A stretch of DNA of 63,863 bases, counting the filler, from Vicugna vicugna (Eukaryota): assembly GCA_013265495.1 (NCBI GenBank). It is 75 parts of 74 records of this genome, joined end to end, with 100 filler letters (N's around TTAATTAATTAA, not from the genome) between each part and the next. Parts side by side here need not be neighbours in the genome. Positions count along the whole stretch, not along the records: positions 37,171 to 38,162 come from PNXW01017794.1; positions 38,263 to 38,675 come from PNXW01017797.1; positions 38,776 to 39,614 come from PNXW01017799.1; positions 39,715 to 40,432 come from MU061159.1; positions 40,533 to 41,073 come from MU061160.1; positions 41,174 to 41,847 come from PNXW01017830.1; positions 41,948 to 42,936 come from PNXW01017832.1; positions 43,037 to 43,854 come from PNXW01017841.1; 67 more parts are not named here. One strand, 5' to 3'. The translations under genes and the position numbers were made by a program. The stretch's first letter is position 1. Every line of letters starts with the position of its first letter. Shown one piece after another: positions 37,631 through 49,925 of the stretch. A model generated the notes under the pieces. That model was not told the DNA's origin, ran no database searches, and worked only from the letters and a program-made list of their open reading frames with translations.

Positions 37631-38262
37631 TATGAGGAACCTGAAATTATCATCATCTTTTGCTTTAAATACAAATTTTAAATATTAAAAATAAGGCTGG
37701 TCACCAAATGAAAGACAAGGCCTTGGATGGGTTCCCCCCCAGTGGAATTTCCTAGCTGCAGCACCAGCTCCCACTTGAGCTCATATGAGCAGAAAGAGTT
37801 GTAACAAAACATATCAGGTGTTCAAGGAAACTGCAGGAAGGTCAGAGTTTCAGGCAAGGCGATTGGGAGCTGAGCACAGGCCCTCTCACCCCTCAGGCTT
37901 CTCTAGCAGTGACTCTGCCCCATCCCTGGTCCAGCCCCTTCAAGGCTGCCATTCAGATTCTGCAGGGGAAGGAACTCTGCCTTTTGCCCCAAACCACAAA
38001 TGGAATGGAAGGTGGGCCAACATGTCCATCAAAGTAAGTTCAGGGGATCCCATGGTCTGAGTGACTGAGAAGACGGTCAGCAACCTCCCTCCTCTCCGCC
38101 CACAGACAGAGCCCCCAAAGCAGAGAACATAGGTCCTCACAAAAAGGAAATTCCAAGCTCTCNNNNNNNNNNNNNNNNNNNNNNNNNNNNNNNNNNNNNN
38201 NNNNNNTTAATTAATTAANNNNNNNNNNNNNNNNNNNNNNNNNNNNNNNNNNNNNNNNNNNN

Positions 38263-38675
38263 CATTTGTATGTCTTCCTTGGAGAATTGCTTGTTTAGAT
38301 ATTTTGCTCATTTTTGGATTAGGTTGTTTGGTTGTTTCTTATTCAGTTGTAGGATCTGCTTATATATTCTGGAGATCAAGCCTTTGTCGGTTTCACTTGC
38401 AAAAAAATTCTCCCATTCCGTAGGTTTTGTTCTTGTTTTACTTCTGGTTTCCTTTGCTGTGCAGAAGATTGTAAGTTTCATTAGGTCCCATTTGTATATT
38501 CTTGCTTTTATTTCTTCTAGGAGAAAATTTTTGAAATGTATAGTCAGATAATGTTTTGCCTATGTTTTCCTCTAGGAGGTTTATTGTATCTTGTCTTATT
38601 TTTAAGTCTTTAATCCATTTTGAGTTGGTATTTGTATATGGTGTAAGGGTGTGTTCTAGCTTCATTGATTTACAT
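38263..38675 (-). mobile_element. L1 ORF2 C-terminal fragment with an internal deletion
   Basis: MKLEHTLTPYT..NSKWIKDL.IRQDTI.LLEENIGKTL; deletion near 38520. Confidence 0.95.
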
Positions 38676-38775
38676 NNNNNNNNNNNNNNNNNNNNNNNNN
38701 NNNNNNNNNNNNNNNNNNNTTAATTAATTAANNNNNNNNNNNNNNNNNNNNNNNNNNNNNNNNNNNNNNNNNNNN

Positions 38776-39370
38776 GGCAGAGGGGAGGGGGAGGTGAGAT
38801 CAGGGCATCACAGGGACAGGCACGGTCAGCTTTTATAGGGCATGAAGCAGCCTTGGACTTTCACTCAGTGTGGAAAGGTGAGCACCTGGGAAGTTGTGAG
38901 CATGGCGGTGACTTCAACTGATACATCCTTTAGACAGATTCCTTGGGCTGATGCCATTGACTGTATGCATTCATAGGGGCACAGGAAGAAGCACAGAGAC
39001 CAGTTAAAAGGGGATTTGAGGAATCTGGGCTGGCAGTGATGGGGCTTGATCCAGGGTGGTGGCAGTGGTGGTAAATGAGAAGCAGTTGGATAGGGATGTA
39101 TTTAGAAGATAGAGCTGAAAGTCTAAAAGACTGGTTTGGGGTTGTGAGAGAGGCATCATGGGTGATGGCAGGGTTTGTGGCTTGAGCAGCTGGAAGAGTG
39201 CAGTTCCTCTCCAGATGGGCTTGGGGGTGGAGAGATGACCAGGAGTTGAGCTGCTGAGATGCTAATTTTGAGATGCCTGTTCTGTGTGCATGTGGAGATG
39301 GCAAGGAGGCAGTTAGATGGAGGAGTCTGAAGTTGAGAGGGAGGTATGGACTGTAGGTATCAAGTGTTGT
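38776..39370 (-). mobile_element. L2 fragment
   Basis: aagatagagctgaaa..gactggtt..ggcttgagcagctggaag..tttgagatgcctg..gaggcagttaga..ggagtctg. Confidence 0.85.
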
Positions 39371-39414
39371 TAAAAATGAATATTTTTGAAGCCAAATATT
39401 TTTGAAGCCATGGG

Positions 39415-39614
39415 GTTTTTTTAACTGAAGTATAATGGATTTACAGTACTATGTTAGTTTCAGGAGTACAGCAAAGTGAATCAGTCTTTTTGCAGATTAT
39501 ATTCTGTTACAGGTTATTTTACAAGATATTGGGTAGAGTTCCCTATGTTGTACAGTAAATCCTTGTCATTTAACTATTTTATATACAGTAATTTGTGTCT
39601 GTTAATCACATACC
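39415..39614 (-). mobile_element. Short L1 3' tail
   Basis: T-run then gaagtataatggatttacag..gttagtttcagg.gtacagcaaagtga..tacaagatattg. Confidence 0.85.
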
Positions 39615-39714
39615 NNNNNNNNNNNNNNNNNNNNNNNNNNNNNNNNNNNNNNNNNNNNTTAATTAATTAANNNNNNNNNNNNNNNNNNNNNNNNNNNNNN
39701 NNNNNNNNNNNNNN

Positions 39715-40432
39715 ATCCCACTTTGAACCGCACTCCAACTTATGCAATCCATCAGGGAAAAGAGGTAAAGGATTCTCTAGAACACTGGCACCGCTGTCAG
39801 TTGGAGGATTTCTCCCAATTCAGGATTCCAGAAGCCAGTCTTGTGGGAGGGGGATTTCTGTATCCACACTCCACGTAGATGGATGTGGGCACAGGTGTTC
39901 ACCTTTAAGGAGAATTGATCTAAATACTTCCACAGTCCATCGAGGGCAGTCGCTACTATATGGGCTCAAAGTACAAACCCCAGCTTTCCCTCAGAGCCAG
40001 GCCTAGGGAAACACTCAGGGATTACAAGCTATCGGATATTATTAGAACCCAGGCGGTGCTGTCACTTGAAATTGCCGGCCCAAACNNNNNNNNNNNNNNN
40101 NNNNNNNNNNNNNNNNNNNNNNNNNNNNNNNNNNNNNNNNNNNNNNNNNNNNNNNNNNNNNNNNNNNNNNNNNNNNNNNNNNNNNNNNNNNNNNNNNNNN
40201 NNNNNNNNNNNNNNNNNNNNNNNNNNNNNNNNNNNNNNNNNNNNNNNNNNNNNNNNNNNNNNNNNNNNNNNNNNNNNNNNNNNNNNNNNNNNNNNNNNNN
40301 NNNNNNNNNNNNNNNNNNNNNNNNNNNNNNNNNNNNNNNNNNNNNNNNNNNNNNNNNNNNNNNNNNNNNNNNNNNNNNNNNNCGTGTGTGGATGTAGGGA
40401 AACAGAGTCAAAGCATCTTTCAGGGGGCACAG
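39715..40432 (+). repeat. Satellite C2
   Basis: gctgtcagttggagg, caggattcc, gcacaggtgttc, cccagctttccctc. Confidence 0.9.
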
Positions 40433-40532
40433 NNNNNNNNNNNNNNNNNNNNNNNNNNNNNNNNNNNNNNNNNNNNTTAATTAATTAANNNNNNNNNNNN
40501 NNNNNNNNNNNNNNNNNNNNNNNNNNNNNNNN

Positions 40533-41073
40533 CTATATTCTAAATTCTATATTCAGTATTATGTATACTATAATCTATATTCTCTGTTCTGCATTCCATG
40601 TTCTAAATTCTCTATTCTTATTCTATATTCTGTGTTCTTCTTTCTATATTCTAAATTCTATATTCAGTACTCTCTATTCTATATTCTAAATTCGGTGTTC
40701 TGCATTCCATGTTATAAATTCTGGGTTCTAGATTCTCAATTCTATATTCATATTCTGAGTTCTACATTCTATATTCTACATATTATATTTTGCATTCTGT
40801 ATACTATATTCTTTATTCTGTGTTCTACATTCTATATTCTAAATTCTATATTCAGTATTCTGTATTCTATATTCTAANNNNNNNNNNNNNNNNNNNNNNN
40901 NNNNNNNNNNNNNNNNNNNNNNNNNNNNNNNNNNNNNNNNNNNNNNNNNNNNNNNNNGTATTTCATTTTCTACCATCTATATTCTGTATTAGGTATTCTA
41001 TATTCTCTTTTCCGTGTTCTACATTCCGCATTCTAAATTCTATATGCACTATTCTGTATTCTATATTCTAAAT
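40533..41073 (+). repeat. Satellite D
   Basis: 7-bp periodic TATTCTA variants. Confidence 0.95.
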
Positions 41074-41173
41074 NNNNNNNNNNNNNNNNNNNNNNNNNNN
41101 NNNNNNNNNNNNNNNNNTTAATTAATTAANNNNNNNNNNNNNNNNNNNNNNNNNNNNNNNNNNNNNNNNNNNN

Positions 41174-41847
41174 AGTGCAAACCGCAGGAACTTCAAACCG
41201 GCACGAGGAAACAGACTGGGATACAAGAGTAATTGTTTCTCCTGCATCAATTCCCTTGGTGCTGGATGAAAGAACGTCTCTCCACACGCTCAGTTCTGAG
41301 AGATAATTGTGTTGAATGCCGTCCTTCACCTAGCTTGAAGGGAACACAAAGTTTCTTGTCATTTGCAAACTCCATTCCATACATGTATATGGGGAGGTAC
41401 AAGCTAAAACTCCGTTTTAAAGTGCAAAACTCAGGAACTTCAAACCGGCACTAGGAAAAACACTGAGAATCCAGAGAATGTGTTTCTACTGCAACCCGTT
41501 CCCTTTGTGCTGGATGAACGAAAGTCTCTCCACACGCTCAGATCTGAGAGATAAATGTGTGTGAAAGCAGAACTTCACGTAGCTTGACATTCCATACATG
41601 TATATGGGGAGGTACAAGCTAAAACTCCGTTTTAAAGTGCAAAACTCAGGAACTTCAAACCGGCACTAGGAAAAACACTGAGAATCCAGAGAATGTGTTT
41701 CTACTGCAACCCGTTCCCTTTGTGCTGGATGAACGAAAGTCTCTCCACACGCTCAGATCTGAGAGATAAATGTGTGTGAAAGCAGAACTTCACGTAGCTT
41801 GTAGGGAACACAAAGTATCTTTTCAGTTGCATACTCCACTCCATACA
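41174..41847 (+). repeat. Satellite B containing an exact 214-bp duplication
   Basis: Homologous to 3179-4940; 41373-41586 repeated at 41588-41801. Confidence 0.93.
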
Positions 41848-42167
41848 NNNNNNNNNNNNNNNNNNNNNNNNNNNNNNNNNNNNNNNNNNNNTTAATTAAT
41901 TAANNNNNNNNNNNNNNNNNNNNNNNNNNNNNNNNNNNNNNNNNNNNCTGAGGGACAGATATGGGCCCAGCCTTATAATACCAAGAAGGGAAAGCGTGAT
42001 TCCATTGAAACATATCTATCCCACAACATAATTAAGGAAAAGATTTATATAAAGACCATTTAAATATACCAACTTTACAAAATTTATCTCAATTGTATTA
42101 AATCTTATACCTTTAATTTTTATATTTATTAGGTTTAATCAATAATTCTTATTTCTAGAAGGAGTGC

Positions 42168-42528
42168 CAGAAGCCTTTTTTTGGGGGGGAATTGTATCTA
42201 ATTTTATAGAAAAGTCTCTAGGATGCCCAAGTTTCAGCCAAAGAGCTTAGGCCATTTTCAATTTTTAATTTGATTAATTGGTCTGTTGTCCCAATCATTG
42301 TTCAAGTATTTCAGTCTATACATACATATATTTTAAACTGTGGTAAAACAGAAGCCTTTTTTTGGGGGGGCATTGTATCTAATTTTATAGAAAAGTCTCT
42401 AGGATGCCCAAGTTTCAGCCAAAGAGCTTAGGACATTTTAAATTTTTGATTTGATTAATTGGTCTGTTGTCGCAATCATTGTTCAAGTATTTCAGTCTAT
42501 ACATACATATATTTTAAACTGTGGTAAA
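42168..42528. repeat. Near-identical 181-bp tandem duplication in AT-rich, possibly ERV-internal sequence
   Basis: cagaagcctttt at 42168 and 42349; a handful of differences between copies. Confidence 0.9.
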
Positions 42529-43359
42529 TAAAACGGACTTGTTTGAACTTTAATGTTGGGGGCAGTAGGTGATCTCTTTGGCCCCTTTTTTCTTTAACTT
42601 TACATAGTGTTGTATCAAAACCTTGTATCTAAATCCAAAAATATCCATTTTATTTACCTCATTAAAAATAAATATATAAAAATATTTATCCATTTGGGAT
42701 AAGCCCTGATCTTTTTTTTTTCCCGACATTTTTACGATACTTTTTCCAGTTATTCAAACTAATTAACATTAATTATTCAAAGTTTATATTAGCATCTCCA
42801 GAACCATTTATCTGAAAGGAAAAACACAAATGTAGCTTTTCAAACCAGTATTTTTTTTAACTAAGTTCTTAGGTTAAACATTAGATATAAATTCTACCTT
42901 TAAACTTGATTTTAATAGGTACCAATAAAACAGATGNNNNNNNNNNNNNNNNNNNNNNNNNNNNNNNNNNNNNNNNNNNNTTAATTAATTAANNNNNNNN
43001 NNNNNNNNNNNNNNNNNNNNNNNNNNNNNNNNNNNNTTGTCGTAATAATTACTCAAATAGCACAACTCAGGACTTAACAAATTGTAATAAAAGCACAGAA
43101 GTACTTCACATAAAAAAAAAATTAAAAAAAAAAAGACTGTGTTGCCTAGGTGTGACCCCTAGCATGCTGTTCAGTCTGAACTGTATGAGGGCACCTTTAA
43201 CTTGGTAGACCTGGATCAAGCAAAGAACTTCTGTTGTAGGAAATTCAAAGATGGAATAGACAGAGTTTTGGTCTTCAAGGTGCTCATAACACAACAGAGT
43301 TGTCCCTGGTTAATGCCTGTATTTTTTTTAAACAGGACTTTCAAAGAAAACATTCTTAT

Positions 43360-43854
43360 CTGTTAATTGATTCACTTAACAGATGACTATCGAGTGTCTT
43401 TTAGGTACTAGGCACCACTCTGACGTTACAGAATGCAAACAGGTCAAAAGCACAATTCCTGGCCTCCGGGAGGTTGTTACTGTCATCCTCATTTTTATGA
43501 TTTGCTTTGCTTTATTCTGTGCCTACTGTGTCCCAGAGCCCACTAGGACTTTGTAACTGTCTTTCTGTATTTTTTATTGGTATTTAATATGTGCCAAATA
43601 CTTTAAGTCCATGGTGAGGAAAGAAGTTTTTTAAAAGTGGGTAGGATGTCAGGTAAGCCATGCAGAGCGAGTAGAAGTTTGCCAGGGAAGGAGGCAGAAG
43701 GGCAGTGTTTGGTGGGTGGAACATCTTTGAAGATTACATTCGGCAGAAAGGACAGCGGTGCAGAGGCTAAGATGTGCTAGTGAACTTTGCAGGATCTGTG
43801 AGTTTCATGTTGTTGGTGCAGAAAGGATGCTGTAGGAATGGTTGGGAACGAGGT
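43360..43854 (-). mobile_element. L2 fragments (3' tail and upstream part)
   Basis: gattcacttaacagatgactatcgagtgtc..taggcac; cattcggcagaaaggacagc.gtgcagaggc. Confidence 0.55.
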
Positions 43855-43954
43855 NNNNNNNNNNNNNNNNNNNNNNNNNNNNNNNNNNNNNNNNNNNNTT
43901 AATTAATTAANNNNNNNNNNNNNNNNNNNNNNNNNNNNNNNNNNNNNNNNNNNN

Positions 43955-44684
43955 GGAATCCTGAGCGTGGGGAGGTTCCACCAACGGTCGACTGCACGTT
44001 GGTCCTAACGGAATGCTAAGCTCGTCTCCCTTGAGGCTTTCCTAATGTCTCTGTGCCAGGGAATGCTAGGGGTGATTGTAGGATATCCCAGTGTCAGAGG
44101 CTGCCTCCCCAAGGTCAGGGAAGTTATTTCTTCGACTTCCCCGAACAGGGAACACCTGTGANNNNNNNNNNNNNNNNNNNNNNNNNNNNNNNNNNNNNNN
44201 NNNNNNNNNNNNNNNNNNNNNNNNNNNNNNNNNNNNNNNNNNNNNNNNNNNNNNNNNNNNNNNNNNNNNNNNNNNNNNNNNNNNNNNNNNNNNNNNNNNN
44301 NNNNNNNNNNNNNNNNNNNNNNNNNNNNNNNNNNNNNNNNNNNNNNNNNNNNNNNNNNNNNNNNNNNNNNNNNNNNNNNNNNNNNNNNNNNNNNNNNNNN
44401 NNNNNNNNNNNNNNNNNNNNNNNNNNNNNNNNNNNNNNNNNNNNNNNNNNNNNNNNNNNNNNNNNNNNNNNNNNNNNNNNNNNNNNNNNNNNNNNNNNNN
44501 NNNNNNNNNNNNNNNNNNNNNNNNNNNNNNNNNNNNNNNNNNNNNNNNNNNNNNNNNNNNNNNNNNNNNNNNNNNNNNNNCAGGGAATGCTAGGGGTGAT
44601 TGCAGGATATCCCAGTGTCAGAGGCTGCCTCCCGAATCTAGGGAAGTTATTTTTCGGACCTCCCCGAACAGGGAACACCTGTGA
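43955..44684 (-). repeat. Satellite C1 (homogeneous ~267 bp)
   Basis: Reverse complement of the 53202/62125 monomer (ggatatcccagtgtcagaggctgcc). Confidence 0.94.
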
Positions 44685-44784
44685 NNNNNNNNNNNNNNNN
44701 NNNNNNNNNNNNNNNNNNNNNNNNNNNNTTAATTAATTAANNNNNNNNNNNNNNNNNNNNNNNNNNNNNNNNNNNNNNNNNNNN

Positions 44785-45270
44785 AATGTTTAAATTTTTT
44801 TACTTCCTCCCTCTAATCCTTTGCAACCACTGATCTTTTTATTGTCTTTACAGTTTTACTTTCTCCGGATTGTTATATAGTTGGAATCATACGGCATGTA
44901 GCCTTTTCAGAATTGTTTTGTTCATTTAAAAATATACATTTAGGGTTCTTCCATGTCTTTTCATGGCTTGATAACTCATTTCCTTTTAGCACCTAATAAT
45001 ATTCCATTGTTTGGATGTGTCACTGTTTATCCTTTAGCTGCTTCCAAGTTTTAACAAATATGAATAAAGTTGCTATAAATATTTGTGTGAATGCTTTTGT
45101 GTAGACATAAGTTTTCAACTTATTTGATTATGTAAACACCAAGGATTATAACCTCTAGATCTTATGGTAAGAGTGTATTTAGTTGGGTAAGGAAGTGCCA
45201 CACATGTACCATTTTGCATTCCCATCAGCCACAAATGAGATTTCCTGTTGCTTCACATCCTTGCCAGTGT
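44785..45270 (-). mobile_element. L1MB/MC-like 3' UTR fragment
   Basis: gcaaccactgatctttttatt..atagttggaatcatac..gtagccttttcag..ataaagttgctataaa. Confidence 0.85.
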
Positions 45271-46112
45271 TAAAATAAAAAACAAACAGAGCAGCNNNNN
45301 NNNNNNNNNNNNNNNNNNNNNNNNNNNNNGGACATCGTAAGCAAAACTTGAAGTATTTCCCAAGCTTGATATGAGGTAAACAGTGATCGATTCCGTATCA
45401 TTTAAGAAAATTCTAATATTAGAACCAATTACTTTGAAGAATAAGCTGTCATTGCATCCTTTTTATAGAAGCTGCTTTATAGCCACATACCCCGGAACCA
45501 CATTCCACGTTTTGATTTGAGTGTCCCGGTTCAAGAACTTTTNNNNNNNNNNNNNNNNNNNNNNNNNNNNNNNNNNNNNNNNNNNNTTAATTAATTAANN
45601 NNNNNNNNNNNNNNNNNNNNNNNNNNNNNNNNNNNNNNNNNNACAAAGGTGAATTCTTAGGCTACATGAGTTACTGTATAATTTCTGTCTTCTGGGAGCT
45701 GACGGCAAGATACACTTGAATGGACATGCTTCCACGATACATACAGTCAACAAAACAAGAACAACATAAAACAAAAACAAAATTAGATGATGGATATTTT
45801 ATGGCTTTTCTTTTTATAGGTTCTACTTGTTTGTAAAATTAAGTGTCAGCTCTTTAGCTTGGCATCAAAGTCCATCACAATCTGATGCCAACGTTTCTAT
45901 ACACGTAACACATTCTTCCCCACTGACTAAATAACCTATACTCAGACCAAACCAGGCCATTAACTGTGGGCTCAGTGGACTCTACATCTAATCTCTACAA
46001 ATCTATTCATGATATTTATTTAATCTGTATATAAAATACTTTTCATTCACATTTATTGGTAAATATCTTCTCATCTTTTACCAACCAGGCCAGACGACTT
46101 TCTCCAGAAAGA

Positions 46113-46443
46113 CTTTTTTTTTAATTGATTTGTAATCATTTTACATAATCATTTTACAATTTTGTGTCAAATTCCAGTGTAGAGCACAATTTTTCAGTTA
46201 TACATGAACATACGTATATTCATTGTCACACTTTTTCTCTGTGAGCTACCATAAGATCTTGTGTGTATTTCCCTGTGCTATACAGTATAACCTTGTTTAT
46301 CTATTCTACAATTTTAAAATCCTGTCTACCCCTTCCCACCCTCCACCTCCTTGGCAACCACAAATTTGTATTGTATGTCCAGGAGTCTGTTTCTGTTTTG
46401 TATTTATGCTTGGTTTGTTGGTTTGTTTGTTTTAGATTCCACA
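46113..46443 (-). mobile_element. Lineage-specific L1 3' end inserted in older L2-like sequence
   Basis: Poly-T start; gtgagctaccataagatcttg..ttccctgtgctatacagtataa; 13-bp duplication at ~46133. Confidence 0.88.
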
Positions 46444-46543
46444 NNNNNNNNNNNNNNNNNNNNNNNNNNNNNNNNNNNNNNNNNNNNTTAATTAATTAAN
46501 NNNNNNNNNNNNNNNNNNNNNNNNNNNNNNNNNNNNNNNNNNN

Positions 46544-47304
46544 CTTTGATTAGGACTTAGTCCTAACCCTGGGAGGGGTTCTCCTTCGTTGCCCTCTCTG
46601 AGCTCTTTGTTCTGTCCTTTTCATGAGCAATGACCCCTGTTTGCAGCTGAGCAGTTCTCTCCAGCCAGCTTCGTCCTTGTAGACCTTCTAAGAAAAACCC
46701 AAAGTCCTCCTCCCATTTTGCACTGTCTTGTCTCTTTCAGTCCAAGCTAGTAAGCAGTAGTTTTGCTACCACAGTTCTCTTTAAAACTGAGTTTCCTGTG
46801 AATTTTATTGGGGTTCCTGCCATTGGAAAAGCTACTCTCACGTCTTTTTGAGATAAACTCTTCACCTTGGGCTTCCTGTGAAGCTGCTGGGGGACCATGC
46901 CTTTAAAATTCTTATGCTTTTAAGATGTTTAAAGGAATTTGAGGCAGCACGTTAAATCTTTCCAAGGTCTTAACAAAGTCTTGGCTTCATCTTTAGACTG
47001 TTTTCCTGGCAGCACCCTAGATTTGATCTTCGCCCGGAAGCCATTTCTCTGCTTACCCATTATGTGACCATTGGGCATGTGGAGATGCTTTAAATGGGAT
47101 ACAGATATTTGAACCCAGTGAGTCCTGGTTCCTTTCTATTTAATAATCTTTTTGTTTGTTTTAGCTTATCTCTCTTGTCAGTTTTACTTTCAGCTGTTAG
47201 CAAGAGTCCCGTTTCCTCCGGTTTCAGGGTCGTCATTTTCTTCCCTGGCCTAGAAGCTGTCACTCTCAGCCCTTCAAGGGCCCTCAGGCTTCCACTAACA
47301 GTCT
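46544..47304 (-). mobile_element. Possible degenerate ERV1 internal (gag-like) sequence
   Basis: Minus strand purine-rich, ends GLSPNQ, like the motif before the gag nucleocapsid Cys-His box; many stops. Confidence 0.35.
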
Positions 47305-47689
47305 NNNNNNNNNNNNNNNNNNNNNNNNNNNNNNNNNNNNNNNNNNNNTTAATTAATTAANNNNNNNNNNNNNNNNNNNNNNNNNNNNNNNNNNNNNNNN
47401 NNNNACAGAGCAGCTGGAGGACAAAAGGCCAGAGATACGAATAAGGATTATTACTGCACTTTGATCATAGAGGTGCAAGAAAAGAGTTAAGGGGAAATCT
47501 TTTTAACAGATTTAGGCTCAGGCAACCTTCTCATGACTGGGAAGATAAAGCTGTAACTTGGATGCCACTTCAGCACATAGGTGGGTGGGGTAGCAGCCCA
47601 CCAATACTTTTTACTCTGTGCTGGATAGTCAGCAGTGGAAGAAGGAACCCCATGCCTATAAACTTAAGAATGTGTTTTAGGGTTGGTCG

Positions 47690-47830
47690 TGGGATAACTG
47701 GGTTCTAACCATCTACCCCTCACTATCTGTGAGGTTGTTGGCCATACCTCTTCCCTACTCTTAACTTCCACATGGAAACAAGGGGGCTCTGGATTATCAC
47801 TGGACTTCCTTTGTTATATCTGACCTCTTT
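47690..47830 (+). mobile_element. MIR-like fragment
   Basis: ctgggttctaacc..ctcactatctgtgagg..cttaacttccacatggaaaca. Confidence 0.5.
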
Positions 47831-47919
47831 AATCATGAGCCTCTAACTCCTTGGAAAAGATGAAATTTAGGAAAAGATATTTCCTTATCACTGACAGGTA
47901 CTTGACTCTTCTTTCCCAG

Positions 47920-48080
47920 TATGTCAGCCACCTCCCCAAATCCTGCATGGTCATCACAGCCCAAATGACAAGGATGACTTTTCTGGGCAGGAAGTGTTCT
48001 ACAGACGGCTATGATAGGGGCTGCTTCTCTGCGCTGTACGCCCCAGGGAGACTGGAGCCCGGCAGCCCCCACGTGTGCAG
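47920..48080 (+). pseudogene. CR1: CR1-type complement control protein (sushi) domain exon, disrupted (CR1/CR1L/CR2-locus pseudo-exon)
   Basis: ctttcccag|TA TGT CAG CCA CCT CCC = (V)[52 protein letters not shown]|gt; phase-1 splice sites; 3-, 8- and 5-nt deletions. Confidence 0.88.
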
Positions 48081-48244
48081 GTGCCTACATGCTCAGCCGC
48101 TCTGACAAATTTAGCTTTTGTTTTTATTGTCCATGTGCCAGTGTNNNNNNNNNNNNNNNNNNNNNNNNNNNNNNNNNNNNNNNNNNNNTTAATTAATTAA
48201 NNNNNNNNNNNNNNNNNNNNNNNNNNNNNNNNNNNNNNNNNNNN

Positions 48245-48692
48245 CTTAGGTTATCTTCCCTGAGTGTTTTCCAAGGACGGGATGGGAGCAAAGGTGGGGG
48301 TTGGGCTAAAAGCCAAGTAATAGCGAGTGCTTCTCTATGAGCAGTGGAGGTGTTTAAAGTATATTCCCTCCCTGGGAACACCTGTGCCCAAATAAAGTTG
48401 CGTGGACTATGTATCTCCAACAACAGCACACACACAAAGACTTTTTCAGGTATCCTGATTGTGGGGAGCCTCCTCCAACTGACAGCAGCGCCTGGGTTCT
48501 AATAGAATCCCTTAGCTTGTCTTACCTGATGGCATGCCTAGGCTGGAAGGAAGTCCAAGTAGCAATGAGTGCCCCCCGATTTACTGAGGAAGTACTTAGA
48601 GGATTTCACGCTAATGTGGAACACCTGTGCCCCCATTCATCTGTATAACTGGGTATACACACCTCCCCCACACACAAGGCTGGGATCCGGAA
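48245..48692 (-). repeat. Satellite C2, same HOR segment as ~35985-36460, with a ~27-bp deletion
   Basis: Near-identical to 51676-52090 except the deletion at ~48548. Confidence 0.94.
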
Positions 48693-48792
48693 NNNNNNNN
48701 NNNNNNNNNNNNNNNNNNNNNNNNNNNNNNNNNNNNTTAATTAATTAANNNNNNNNNNNNNNNNNNNNNNNNNNNNNNNNNNNNNNNNNNNN

Positions 48793-49175
48793 ATTCTAAG
48801 TGAAATAAGCCAGAAAGAGAAAGAAAAATACCATACATTATCACTCATATGTGGAATCTAAAAAAAAGAAGAGAACACTAATGAACTCATCCACAAAACA
48901 GAAATAGAGTTGCAGACATAGTTACCAGGGGAAAGGGAGTGGGAAGTGATAAATTTGGGAGATTGAGATTTGCAAATGTTAGCCACTATATATAAAAACA
49001 GATTTAAAAAATATCTTCTGTCTAGCACAGGCAACTATATTGAGTATCTTTTAATAACCTTTAATGAAAAAGAATATGGTAACAAATATATGTATATATA
49101 TGTGCATGACTGGAACATTGTGCTGTACACCAGAAATTACACACTGTAACTGACTATACTTTGAATAAAAAAAAA
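48793..49175 (+). mobile_element. Cetartiodactyl-type L1 3' end with A-rich tail
   Basis: ctaagtgaaataagccaga..cactcatatgtggaatctaaaa..tagcacagg.aactatatt..tgtaactgactatactt.aataaaaa. Confidence 0.93.
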
Positions 49176-49925
49176 ATTTAAAAGAAGGCCTAAATACAAA
49201 AAAAAAAAAAANNNNNNNNNNNNNNNNNNNNNNNNNNNNNNNNNNNNNNNNNNNNNNNNNNNNNNNNNNNNNNNNNNNNNNNNNNNNNNNNNNNNNNNNN
49301 NNNNNNNNNNNNNNNNNNNNNNNNNNNNNNNNNNNNNNNNNNNNNNNNNNNNNNNNNNNNNNNNNNNNNNNNNNNNNNNGGCCCCCCCCCCCCGCCATGG
49401 ATACTCCATGTTGGAACTCCCTGCCACCTGCTGCGTGCTCACAGAGCTGTCACACATATCTATCTGCTGGACTGGGTTTTCTTCAAGATCTTGGAGACTG
49501 GTCTGCCTCCCACCTTCCAGCTACTCCACCTACCCCAGACCCCTTTCTGAATCAGCCACACCCACTTAGAAGCAACATGTGAGCACTACTGGTATTCAGG
49601 GAAGGAAATAGTTCACATTCATTTTCACTCATGTAGCCAAGGGTCAGGGCTAATCAGAAAATCCAAAATGAAGTTTTCACTGCCTTCAAAACCAGCCCAT
49701 CCTTGATTTTTACTTTAATCATTACAAAAATCTATGGAAGATGAATAGTAACTGTTTCCAGTATATAAAAAATACTGACTATATTTTCTAAAGCTTTTTG
49801 AGCCATGCTTACGAGTGATGTTGGCNNNNNNNNNNNNNNNNNNNNNNNNNNNNNNNNNNNNNNNNNNNNTTAATTAATTAANNNNNNNNNNNNNNNNNNN
49901 NNNNNNNNNNNNNNNNNNNNNNNNN

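Noticed and set aside
44630..44646. CENP-B-box-like 17-mer (8/9 core positions); also 7/9 at 53422-53438
   Set aside because: Neither has all nine core bases, and the 8/9 match is not conserved in other C1 copies
49390..49582. 61-codon ORF with strong Kozak context (ccgccATGG)
   Set aside because: No recognisable homology or supporting gene structure
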